Assembly: GCA_964016885.1 (NCBI GenBank)
Contig: OZ024744.1
Coordinates: forward strand, 95,666,001 to 95,730,000
Direction of reading: 5' to 3'
Source: Eledone cirrhosa
Taxonomy: Eukaryota
DNA: 64,000 nt
A model generated the notes under the pieces. It made no database searches and was not told where the DNA came from. It saw nothing but the letters and a program-made list of their open reading frames with translations. Shown piece by piece: positions 12,880-24,729 of this stretch. Position 1 is the stretch's first letter. Each line of letters opens with the position of its first letter. Both the position numbers and the translations under genes were made by a program.

Positions 12880-15800
12880 AGTAGGAAGACCCAGGAAGAT
12901 TTGGGATCAGGTAATAAAAGCTGACCTTGCACAATTGTACCTTTGAAAGGCAACGACACAGGACTGGGATCTCTGGCGTTATGCAGTAATACAGAAGACC
13001 CGCCTTCCAATGAGTACAGGCTAAAGCATACATCTGGTATGTGCAACACCTTCCCCATCATCCTCCCTTCCATATCTTAACACTTCACCCCTCAAACACT
13101 CTAAATTGGTCATGATGGCGACACAACAAAAAGCACCCAGCCCACACTGTAAAGTGGTCATGTAGGTGTGACAACAAAAAGCACCCAGTCCACACAGTAA
13201 AGTGGTCATGTATGTGTGACAACAAAAAACACCCAGTCCACACTGTAAAGTGGTCATGTAGATGTCACAACAAAAAACACCCAGTCCACACTGTAAAGTG
13301 GTCATGTAGGTGTCACAACAAAAAACACCTAGTCCACACTGTAAAGTGGTCATGTAGGTGTGACAACAAAAAGCACCCAGTCCACACAGTAAAGTGGTCA
13401 TGTATGTGTGACAACAAAAAACACCCAGTCCACACTGTAAAGTGGTCATGTAGATGTCACAACAAAAAACACCCAGTCCACACTGTAAAGTGGTCATGTA
13501 GGTGTCACAACAAAAAACACCCAGTCCACACTGTAAAGTGGTCATGTAGGTGTGACAACAAAAAGCACCCAGTCCACACAGTAAAGTGGTCATGTATGTG
13601 TGACAACAAAAAACACCCAGTCCACACTGTAAAGTGGTCATGTAGATGTCACAACAAAAAACACCCAGTCCACACTGTAAAGTGGTCATGTAGGTGTCAC
13701 AACAAAAAACACCTAGTCCACACTGTAAAGTGGTCATGTAGGTGTCACAACAAAAAGCACCCAGTCCACACAGTAAAGTGGTCATGTATGTGTGACAACA
13801 AAAAACACCCAGTCCACACTGTAAAGTGGTCACGTATGTGTGACAACAAAAAACACCCAGTCCACACTGTAAAGTGGTCATGTAGGTGTCACAACAAAAA
13901 GCACCCAGTCCACACTGTAAAGTGGTCATGTATGTGTGACAACAAAAAACACCCAGTCCACACTGTAAAGTGGTTGTGTATGTGTCACGACAAAAAGCAC
14001 CCAGTCCACACTGTAAAGTGGTCATGTAGGTGTCACAACAAAAAAGCACCCAGTCCACACTGTAAAGTGGTCATGTAGGTGTCACGACAAAAAGCACCCA
14101 GTCCACACTGTAAAGTGGTCGTGTAGGCGTCATGACAAGAAACACCCAGTCCACACTGTAAAGTGGTCATGTAGGTGTCATGACAAAAAGCACCCAGTCC
14201 ACACTGTAAAGTGGTCATGTAGGTGTCACAACAAAAAACACCTAGTCCACACTGTAAAGTGGTCATGTAGGTGTGACAACAAAAAGCACCCAGTCCACAC
14301 AGTAAAGTGGTCATGTATGTGTGACAACAAAAAACACCCAGTCCACACTGTAAAGTGGTCATGTATGTGTGACAACAAAAAACACCCAGTCCACACTGTA
14401 AAGTGGTCATGTAGGTGTCACAACAAAAAGCACCCAGTCCACACTGTAAAGTGGTCATGTATGTGTGACAACAAAAAACACCCAGTCCACACTGTAAAGT
14501 GGTCATGTAGGTGTCATGACAAAAAGCACCCAGTCCACACTGTAAAGTGGTCATGTAGGTGTCATGACAAAAAACACCCAGTCCACACTGTAAAGTGGTC
14601 ATGTAGGTGTCACGACAAAAAGCACCCAGTCCACACTGTAAAGTGGTCGTGTAGGTGTCACAACAAAAAAGCACCCAGTCCACACTGTAAAGTGGTCGTG
14701 TATGTGTCACGACAAAAAGCACCCAGTCCACACTGTAAAGTGGTCGTGTAGGTGTCACAACAAAAAAGCACCCAGTCCACACTGTAAAGTGGTCGTGTAT
14801 GTGTCACGACAAAAAGCACCCAGTCCACACTGTAAAGTGGTCGTGTATGTGTCACGACAAAAAGCACCCAGTCCACACTGTAAAGTGGTCATGTAGGTGT
14901 CACAACAAAAAACACCTAGTCCACACTGTAAAGTGGTCATGTAGGTGTCACAACAAAAAGCACCCAGTCCACACAGTAAAGTGGTCATGTATGTGTGACA
15001 ACAAAAAACACCCAGTCCACACTGTAAAGTGGTCATGTATGTGTGACAACAAAAAACACCCAGTCCACACTGTAAAGTGGTCATGTAGGTGTCACAACAA
15101 AAAGCACCCAGTCCACACTGTAAAGTGGTCATGTATGTGTGACAACAAAAAACACCCAGTCCACACTGTAAAGTGGTCATGTAGGTGTCATGACAAAAAG
15201 CACCCAGTCCACACTGTAAAGTGGTCATGTAGGTGTCATGACAAAAAACACCCAGTCCACACTGTAAAGTGGTCATGTAGGTGTCACGACAAAAAGACCC
15301 CAGTCCACACTGTAAAGTGGTCGTGTAGGTGTCACAACAAAAAAGCACCCAGTCCACACTGTAAAGTGGTCGTGTATGTGTCACGACAAAAAGCACCCAG
15401 TCCACACTGTAAAGTGGTCGTGTATGTGTCACGACAAAAAGCACCCAGTACTCACTGTAAAGTGGTCATGTAGGTGTCACGACAAAAAGACCCCAGTCCA
15501 CACTGTAAAGTGGTCGTGTATGTGTCACGACAAAAAGCACCCAGTCCACACTGTAAAGTGGTCGTGTATGTGTCACGACAAAAAGTACCCAGTCTACACT
15601 GTAAAGTGGTCATGTAGGTGTCACGACAAAAAGCACCCAGTCCACACTGTAAAGTGGTCGTGTATGTGTCACGACAAAAAGCACCCAGACCACACTGTAA
15701 AGTGGTCATGTAGGTGTCACGACAAAAAGCACCCAGTAATCACTGTAAAGTGGTCATGTAGGTGTCATGACAAAAAGCACCCAGTCCACACTGTAAAGTG

Positions 15801-16005
15801 GACATGTAGGTGTCACGACAAAAAGCACCCAGTCCACACTGTAAAGTGGTTGGTGTTATGAAGAGTATCCAACCGTAGAATCCAAGCCAAAATTGGTTCT
15901 GTATGAGCACGAGACGGTCACCTGACCTTGACTTGCCTCAAATAGGACAACCAGTCTAACCCATATTAGCTTGGAAAATGGACAGTAATCGGTGATGATG
16001 ATGGT
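12880..16005 (+). mobile_element. RTE LINE 3' fragment whose 3' UTR contains an expanded 48-bp array
   Basis: ORF end GRPRKIWDQVIKADL...DLWRYAVIQKTRLP at about 12883-13010, then the array, then the family tail (ggtgttatgaag...aacccat...gatgatgat). Confidence 0.8.
13120..15850. repeat. 48-bp minisatellite, about 57 copies
   Basis: Unit CACCCAGTCCACACTGTAAAGTGGTCATGTAGGTGTCACAACAAAAAA(G). The ORF track shows the matching 16-aa periodicity. Confidence 0.97.
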
Positions 16006-16065
16006 AATGAGTGGAAGAGACAGATCCATTACTGCTTCACAAAATAAATAAAATGTGCCACAACA

Positions 16066-16271
16066 TTAACCCTTTAGTATTTAAACCAGCCATATTCTCT
16101 CACCTCTTTCTGTTAAAACTAACTGTAATTGGCCACTCATACTGATGTTAAGGTATTATTCCCAAAATAAATAATATCAAAATCTTATAGATTCCATATT
16201 ATGCGAGATAAAGCCTTTACCACAAAAAATACAATAGTATATATAGAGTAATGTGAATGCTAAAGGGTTAA
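16066..16271. mobile_element. piggyBac-type MITE; other copies at 12445, 24376, 37897, 43990, 56133, 57886, 58594, with reversed or partial copies at 11153, 25100, 57710, 59148
   Basis: TTAA-CCCTTTAG(C/T)ATT...AATGCTAAAGGG-TTAA with a conserved ~200-bp body. Confidence 0.85.
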
Positions 16272-16379
16272 GAGGAAAACCCCACTCCACCCTACCCCCC
16301 CCAAAAGGGCCATAATATAAAATGGAACTGTTGCTGTGAGACACAGTAAAAAGAAAATCATGAAGAATGTTGTACTTAC

Positions 16380-16557
16380 ATAACGTTCGTTTTATTGCCA
16401 ACGGTTTGTTCTCCCACTTCACTCCAAATAAGTATACAAAACAACCAATTAATACAATTCCAACTGCAAAAAGGCTCTCGTGTGGTTTTTCATAAAATGT
16501 TATTACCACGATTAAAAGACTAATGATGCACAAGATTATAGGCAGCGCGATCGGGAC
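16380..16557 (-). CDS. SLC7 transporter exon (TM11-TM12)
   Basis: TTTCAG/GTAAGT boundaries. The 178 nt read VPIALPIILCIISLLIVVITFYEKPHESLFAVGIVLIGCFVYLFGVKWENKPLAIKRTL. Confidence 0.93.
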
Positions 16558-16802
16558 CTGAAATTAGAAATAAATATCCTCAAGTATAGGGTATTGATGT
16601 ACGCAAATTCTTAATGGATGTACATTTGCCTCTTAGTTGGAGAAAGAAAGCATATATCAGTACAGGGACTTTGAAGCTGTTATTTATTTATTTATTAATA
16701 TATATATATATATATTTTTTTTTGGGGGGGGGGGGGGGGGGGGGGAAAGGAGGAGAAGACAACATAATGTGCCAGTGCACACAAACACACAGATGTTATA
16801 TA

Positions 16803-17240
16803 TGTAGCGACGTGGTTAGTCGGTCTGGTCACTACTTCTGATCGAATCTGAGAATAGCCCTTAAAAGGACTGTCATCGCATATGGTAAGGATGAACAGAC
16901 AAAAGCAGTTGAAAGGACGAGCAAGGCGAGAGATGTAGTTTTGGTCAGCTATTTATTTTCATACATGAAGTTGAAAGGACGAGCAAGGCGAGAGATGTAA
17001 CTTCGATCAGCTATTTATTTTCACATGAAGCGACGATACAAGGTACAAGGCGTGTGTGAGTGACAAGCGTGGCAGAGGAGAGGAACAACGATACGCAGGT
17101 TGACTCTGCCAAAGTCGACTGGTGAAAGTGTTTGGAATCACTCTATTTATACAAAAATAATCGTTTGATGTTTAGCCGCTGCGGAGGCGTTTTATTTTGG
17201 TGGTTGTTTGTTTCACGGTGAGGTAGCTAGCTAAGCAGAT
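16803..17240 (-). mobile_element. Probable solo-LTR fragment
   Basis: The minus strand ends ...GTCGCTACA and has TATAAATA (about 17144-17151) upstream of AATAAA signals, plus an internal ~63-bp tandem duplication. The other terminus was not found. Confidence 0.45.
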
Positions 17241-17524
17241 AGATGTAGCTGTATATTTCACAGATGTTATTTCCAGTGGCTGTACATATATATATATGCA
17301 TATGTCGGTGACACAACAAAAAGCACCAAGTCCACACTGTAAAGTGGTTGGTGTTAGGAAGGGTAGCCACCCGTAGAAAATCTGCCAGGGACAGTTCTAT
17401 ATGAGTGAGACACGGTCCCCCGACCAATCCTGCATCAAGTGGAACAAAACCGTCTAACCCATGCTAGTGTGGAAGTTGGACATTAAACGATGATGATGAT
17501 GATATATGTGAGCACATATATATA

Positions 17525-17598
17525 TATTTCATCTGATGAATGAGCCGGACGTTTCTGTAAGGATTGTCTAGTTTACTGAAACCTTTGGTAATGGAATA
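17525..17598 (+). ncRNA. Type I hammerhead ribozyme
   Basis: TATTTCAT-CTGATGA-long stem II (GAGCCGGAC..GTCTAGTTT)-GAAA-CC TTT GG-TA-ATGGAATA. Confidence 0.72.
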
Positions 17599-17784
17599 AT
17601 TATATTGTCTTGTTTATTATGCAATTTAAAAATATATATATAAAAAAAGAAAATTTTCGCTCTACATGTTTTTATTAATATTCAAGTTTTTCGAATATTA
17701 ATAATAGCATTTGTTTGCAATTATGCAAACAAGCCTCATTTTTATAGCCATGTCAGTAGAATGAACCCTTCACTAGCTCTGACA

Positions 17785-17866
17785 GTTGGCAGGTGAACAG
17801 TGAGCTGTACTGATGAAGGGTGATACCCAGAAACATTAGTGTCAGCAGTTCTGTTTACATGCCAAC
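17785..17866 (+). ncRNA. Type I hammerhead ribozyme, tandem copy 1
   Basis: CTGATGA (17810-17816), GGGT-GAT-ACCC, GAAA, CA-TTAG-TG, TC, with predicted cut after 17843. Extended stem I pairs GTTGGCA.GTGAACAG.GAGCTGT with GCAGTTCTGTTTAC.TGCCAAC. Confidence 0.85.
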
Positions 17867-18227
17867 ACATTAGCAAGAACGAAGAGTTCATTCTACTGAC
17901 ATGGCTATAAAAATGAAGCTTGTTTGCATAATTGCAAACGAATCGAATATTATTATTAATATTCTAAAAACTCAGATTACATTTATTGTATTCAGCCATG
18001 TAGAGCGAAAATTTTCTTTTTTTACTTGAATTTGGCAAAGCCGGCCATTTATCGTTCTCGTATACAGGAAACTGACTGGCCAGTCTGCTGATATGCAAAT
18101 CTGGCTGATCAGTGGATCTGCTAATATACAGATCTGATTGATCAGCCAGTCTGCTACTATGCAAATCAGGCCAATCAGTCACTGTGTATTTTAGAAAATA
18201 GCATATATTTTCACTAGCTCTGACAGT

Positions 18228-18308
18228 TTGGCAGGTGAACAGTGAGCTGTACTGATGAAGGGTGATACCCAGAAACATTAGTGTCTGCAATTCTGTTAAC
18301 ATGCCAAC
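18228..18308 (+). ncRNA. Type I hammerhead ribozyme, tandem copy 2
   Basis: Identical core (CTGATGA at 18252-18258), GTC triplet with predicted cut after 18285, and the same long stem I. Confidence 0.85.
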
Positions 18309-18444
18309 ACAAGAGCAAGAATGAAGGGTTCATTCTACTGACACGACTATAAAAATGAGGCTTGTTTGCATAATTGCAAACGAATCCAATATTATTATTA
18401 ATATTCGAAAAACTCAGATTACATAAAAAAAAAATATATATATA

Positions 18445-18845
18445 CAGTTGTCCCTTGGTATTCACGGGGTTTACGTTCCTAGAGCCCACGCGAAGAGTGA
18501 AAAACCACGAATATTGGATGTGGTCTATAAAAATGCCTATAAGCGTCAAAACATAACGCAAAATTGGTGTTAGGAAGGGCATCCAGCTGTAGAAAACCTG
18601 CCAGACAGTCCTATACGAACGAGACGACCAATCTTGCCTCAAGTGGGATAATTCCCGTCTAAACCCATGCTAGCGTGGAAGATAGACGTTAAACGATGAT
18701 GATGATGATGATGATAGGCTGGCAAGTACGGTATATTGTTACTAATAATTTAGCGTTAAAAAAGCGTTAAAAAATATATATTGCCACAAAAAATATTTAC
18801 AATTCCGCAAATATGTGGTGGTTTCCACGAATGCCAGGGGTACAC

Positions 18846-18847
<2 letters not shown>
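18445..18847. mobile_element. pogo/Tigger-type MITE with an inserted SINE/RTE tail (about 18563-18715)
   Basis: TIRs CAGTTGTCCCTTGGTATTC / GAATGCCAGGGGTACACTG. Confidence 0.65.
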
Positions 18848-18905
<58 letters not shown>

Positions 18906-19027
18906 AACAGACTTGTCTCCTGTATAAGGTTAGAGCTTTCCATATTTCTTTATATTGTTTAAATATTGAGTATTGGATGTTGAAATGTATTATCAGTTAT
19001 CAGTCAGCCTTCACTTGCATGTATATA

Positions 19028-19060
<33 letters not shown>

Positions 19061-22000
19061 CATCATCATCATCAAACGTTTAACGTCCGTGTTCCATGCT
19101 TGCATGGGGTTGGACGGGGGTTTTCCCACTTGAGGCAAGAGTGAATGTCTTGCTCGCATAGGACTGTCTGGCGGGTTTTCTACAGTTGGATGCCTTTCCT
19201 AACACCAACCACATTTACAGTGTGGGTCTGGGAGGTTTTTACCGTGTTGCCTACACGGCCACATTACAGCGTGGACTGTGTGTTTTTTTGTCGTGACACC
19301 TACACGATCTCATTTGTTTTGTCCTGGATGTTGTGGCACCAACATAACTTTACATTGAAAGGGGCGGTGTGGATGGGGTGGGGGTGGTGGGACGGGGGTG
19401 TATTTTGTTAGAGATGCCTACTGACTGTAGTAGGTTTTACTTTGTATTTAGGTAAGGCGGGTCTTCTCTATTACTGAGTACCGCCAAAGGTCTCGGTCCA
19501 GTGACATTGTCTTGGAGAGGTGTAAGTGTGTGAGGTCGGAATTTATCAGCTCGTCCCAGGTTTTTCTGGGTCTGCCTACTCCGTAGCTACCGTCTATCTT
19601 TATTGCCCTGCACTTTGTTATACAGTTGTCATCTTTCATGCGCATCACGTGACCATACCAACGTAGCCTTCTCTCGAGTAAACAACATCTGATCCCTCTT
19701 ATTTCTAATTTTTTCCTTAGTTCGCTTATGCTTTGCCGTTCACGTATGTTACTATTACACATCCAGCGGAGCAGGCAAGCTTCGTTCCTCTCTAGTCTGC
19801 GTATATCCTCTGCACACAATGCCCAGGTCTCACTGTCATGCAACATTGCTGTTCGTATGCAGGCATCATACAACCTGCCTTTCATTTTTAGGGAGAACCC
19901 TTTAGTGGCTAATAGTGGTATAAGCTCTCTGAACTTTTTCCATTCAGTTCTGACTCTAGCTACTGTACTTTCAGAGCACCCTCCCCCACTGCTGATTTTG
20001 TCACCCAGGTAACGGAAGCTGTCCACTATTTCTATAGAACCCTCTGCGCAATTGAAAGAGCTAGTATTTTGTGGGCACTTGCTGCTACTTATTGCACCAG
20101 AGCACCAGCCACATATAAAATCTATGTTCTTAGTTAGCTTACCTGTGATCCCACTACATCTTTTATGCACCCATACTTTGCATTTGGGACATAAAATGGA
20201 GTTTCTACCTACGCCTTTCCTACACACTGAGCATGGCCATTTCCTGGAAGGGACCGTCGCCTTATTTTCTTTCCTACAAACTAGAACTTTAGTCTTAGCC
20301 AGGTTAATTTTAAGCCCTTTTGATTCTACGCCATGCTTCCATGTTTGGAATTTCTTCTCTAGCTCGGCCATTGATTCAGCTATGAGCGTTAGATCATCTG
20401 GGTATAGGAGTTCCCATGGGCAGCCGGTCTTGAACTCCACTGTTATAGCCTGAAGGGCAATAATAAATAGTAGGGGGCTAAGAACAGAGCCCTGATGTAC
20501 ACCAACTTTTACACTAAACTCTTCACTATATTCGTTGTTAATTCTAACCTTGCTGACTGTTTCTTTATACATGGCTTGTATAGCTCTCACAAGCCATTCG
20601 TCAATACCTAGTTTTCTAAGAGCCCACCAGATAATGGAACGGGGGACTCTGTCGAAGGCTTTCTCCAAGTCAACAAAAGCTAAGTATAGGGGTTTACTTT
20701 TAGTTAGGTACTTCTGTAGTTGTCGTACAATGAAAAGAGCGTCTGTGGTACTTTTGCCTGACACAAAACCGAACTGCATTTCATCTAGATCAATTCTCTC
20801 TCTGATTAGTTGCGCTATAACTTTTTCCGTGACCTTCATGACCTGATCGATTAATTTAATGCCTCTATAGTTACTCCTATCTAGGGCATCTCCTTTACCC
20901 TTGTAACAGTTAATGATGATGCTGCTACGCCAGTCCTTCGGAACAACCCCATTCTGTATGACCTGGTTTACTATCCGGGTGACCATGGTGTGTCCCACCA
21001 TTCCAGAGGCTTTCAGCATCTCAGCAACTATTTCTGAAGGCCCAGCCGCCTTACCCATCTTCATATCTTTGATTGCCTTACTTATTATACTACCTTCGAC
21101 TAACACTGCCGGTCCCTCTATTGGGTCGATGTGGGGGAGTCTGTCTTTCTCCCATTTATTCTCCTCATTTAGAAGTCTTTCGTAGTGACACTTCCAAGCT
21201 ACCTTCTTATCAGCGTCAGTGATGGCAAGTACACCATCATCATTAAGTACACACTTCTCCCCGACAATATCACGGTTTTCCTTGACACATTGCCTAGCAA
21301 TCCTGAACAAACACCTCACGTTGTAGAACATGCTTGAACTTTCTTTCCTCTGCTTCTCTTCTTGCGAAGTACACTTGTCTCCTAGCTTCCCTCCTGGCCA
21401 CTTGATAGTCTTCTCTACTTCCCCCATCCCGCCATACTTTCCAAGCCTGCTTTTTGGCCTTAATTGACTCCTCCACCTTACTGTTCCACCACCATGTTAC
21501 TCTCCTCCTACCTACAGGCCTGCTCCAGCCACAGACTTTGTCTGCCGCCGTCAGCAGGTTTGCTTTCAGGAATTCCCACTGTTCCTCTATATTATCTGAC
21601 TCTAATTGCTCTTCCTTACTATCGAAAGCATCAAGTAACATGCTTTGAAATTTATTTCTGGCTGTGGGGTCCTTTAACTTCCATATTTTTTTCCTGAGGA
21701 TAGTCATCTTCTGTTGTCTAGTACATCTCGTCCTGACTATGAGGTCGCTAATTAGCAGTCTATGTTGGGAGGTGCATTCTTCATGGGGGAGGGATTTTGT
21801 GTTTACAACAGACACTCTGTCACGTCCTCTGGTAAGGATATAATCTACCTGGCTGGTATGTTCCCCCGATCTGTAGGTGATCAAGTGAATTGTCTCGTTT
21901 TTTGAAGTTAGTGTTACAGATAGTTAGGTTATTTGCATCACAGAATTCCAGGATTCTGGAGCCTTCCTCATTTCTAGTACCAAACCCATAGCCTCCGTCA

Positions 22001-23240
22001 TAGCCGTCACAATGTTGACCAACGTGGCCATTTAGGTCGCCAGCAATAATTATATAGTCACTGTCGGTTATTTGGGAGGTAGTGAGCATCAGTGTCTCAT
22101 AGAATCTGTCTTTTATAGCGCCAGGCAGTCCGGATTGGGGCGCGTATGCCGATATTACTGTCACAGTAGTTCTGTTTAGAACAAGTCTTATTTTAATTAT
22201 TCTGTCATTTACTCTATTTACATCTATTATCTTATCCACCCATTTTTCTGCTAACATGATTCCTACCCCACCTATCCCATTGTCATTTCCCACCCAGAAG
22301 AGCTTATAGCAACGTTTTTTACCCACAATGAATCTAGCAGACCCGCCCCTCCATCTGGTCTCTTGGATACAGCAAACATCAACCTCCTTATATTCAAGCA
22401 TTTCTACAACCTCGTTAGAGCGGCCTTTTAAGGTGCCTACATTTATGGTACCAACTCTGAAGTTTTGGATTGTGTTTGGAGGATGGGGCGCAGGGATGGG
22501 TGAGGGGGATGGGGTTGGGGTTATGTTGGCCATCTGTGGCCGAAACAAAGAGGAGGGGGACTTGCCCTTTCGTCCGGCAGCATGAGGTGAATTTGTCGTT
22601 ATCTTTGGCATTGTCATCGAGTGTCCAGAATCTTCAGACTCTCCAGAAATTCCTTAGTCCATCCATCATATCGAAAAGCAGCCAGAAGTGATAGCATAGG
22701 CTGTTGACTTGTGATTGGTCCAAATAATAAGGTGGAGAGTGGGGGCGGGAGGTAGGGGTATGGGGTAGTTAGCAAAGTGGGGTAGTTAAAAACACAAGAA
22801 GATTATTTAGAAACAACCAGACAGAATTATAGAATAGAATAAATATGAATGAATGAACCGATAGGCTGGAGAGAGATCAGAAAAATGGCATTTACATTAT
22901 AATTCGCAGGGACGAGGTCTCACCATTTTTGAGCGTTGAGAAATTCTGGGATTCTTACCTCGCTACAGGTTTATTTATATTTGGAGAGAGAAGGGAGTGA
23001 TTGAAGGGGTGAACTAGCCAGCGCGTAACACGCTATAGTGGGGACGGGGGGTAAAGGATAAGAGGCCATTTTATCAACCCTAGCATTTTTTCGGCCAAAA
23101 GTGGGGTAGTTAAAAATATAGTTAAAAATACAAGAAGATTATTTAGAAACAACCAGACAGAATTATAGAATAGAATAAATATGAATGAATGAACCGATAG
23201 GCTGGAGAGAGATCAGAAAAATGGCATTTACATTATAATA
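19061..23240 (-). mobile_element. Near full-length RTE-clade LINE (APE endonuclease + RT), frameshifted; subfamily A
   Basis: APE motifs GTINVGTL, CIQETRW, AGDLNGHVG. RT motifs QFGF, DLEKAFD, GVHQGSVLSP, YPDD. GRPRKTW C-terminus and (GAT)n tail. The ORF is split into 22617-21820, 21884-21294 and 21427-19448. Confidence 0.95.
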
Positions 23241-23248
23241 CATATATA

Positions 23249-23339
23249 TATTTATTAAAATAACAGATTAAAGTTTAAGCAAAGAATCGCTGCTTTCACC
23301 CTTAACAGGATCTTCTGAAACTGTTATTTTAATAAATAT
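23249..23339 (-). ncRNA. Hammerhead-like fold with variant core CAGAAGA (copy 1 of 3)
   Basis: Reverse strand reads TTTATTAAAATAACAG-TTT-CAGAAGA-TCCT GTTA AGGG-T-GAAA-GCA..TGC-TT-AAAC...CTGTTATTTTAATAAA. Confidence 0.6.
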
Positions 23340-23609
23340 TTGCTCTACGGTTCTTATATATTTGATATATATTTATCCTTATCAAGCCCTCTTTGGATTT
23401 TAGTCTTCAAATTTATTATTATTACTATATTGTAGGCAACACGGTAAAAACCTCCCAGCCCCACACTGTAAATGTGGTTGGTGTTAGGAAGGGCATCCAA
23501 CTGTAGAAAACCTGCCAGACAGTCCTATGCGAGCAAGACAACCACTCTTGCCTCAAGTGGGAAAACCCCCGTCCAAACCCATGCAAGCGTGGAACACGGA
23601 CGCTAAACC

Positions 23610-23640
<31 letters not shown>

Positions 23641-24729
23641 ATATATATATATATGTGTGTGAAGGTGATTATATATATGTGTGTGATGGTGATTATATAT
23701 ATATATATATGTGTGTGATGGTGATTATATATATATAAATATATAACCACCATCACCGTTTTACGTCCATTCTTCCACGCTAGCATGGGTTAGACGAGCT
23801 GTCCCGTTGTGGGCAATGCCAAGTCAGGTGACTATGTCTTGCTCATACAGAACTGATTCTGGCTTGGTTTCTACAGTTGGATGCCCTTCCTAACACCAAC
23901 CTCATTTACAGTGAGTACTGGGTGCTTTTTTATGGGAAGGAGATGGGAGCATACTATCTATATGCTTCAGCTTCGGCTTGTACCCGTGGGAAGCCGGGTC
24001 TTCTGTATTACTGTGTAACGCCAGAGGTCATATATATATATGTAATGCATGTATGCACCATACTGGTTGAGTTCTATTTTGGCAGGAATTCCAGTTTGCT
24101 TTGCGACAAAATCACCATTTAATAATTTATCATTCATCAGCTAACCATTAAATGTATTTGTCTGTCAAACCTCACTTGAGATCAATAACTGTTCTGCATA
24201 TTATTTCAAATTGGTAGCCAACTATCAACTGTATTATCCTAGTAGCCAATAATAATGTACTATTCACTCAATCGATCAGTGGACGTTTTACTTGAATAGA
24301 TTCCACTGACAATACGAAAAGACAGCTAAATATAGATTAAGATGAATTCTTGGAAGACAATCGTATCAGTTCAGTTTAACCCTTTAGCATTTAAACCGGC
24401 CATATCCAGCCAGAACTCTCTCATCTCTCTGTTCAAACTAGTTGTAACTGGCTGCTCATACCTACATTAAGGTATTGTTCTCAAAGTATGTAACATAAAA
24501 ATCTCATAGATTCAATATTATAATAATAATAATAATGAAATTATTGTGTACAGTGAGATAATTATGTAAGATAAAGTCTTTACTGTGAAAATACAATAGT
24601 ATATATTATATATAGAATAATGTAAATGCTAAAGGGTTAAGTGGTTGTACCATGGTATGAAGTGTGCTTGGTGCTGTCATCTTTCAATATCTGAACTGTT
24701 TTGCTTTTTCGAGAAACATTTTGAACTAC

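Noticed and set aside
13021-15861. Cys/His-rich repetitive ORFs and a CRISPR-like look of the 48-bp array
   Set aside because: Head-to-tail units with no unique spacers, no cas genes, and a eukaryotic intron context. The ORFs occur on both strands because the 48-nt unit lacks stops in some frames.
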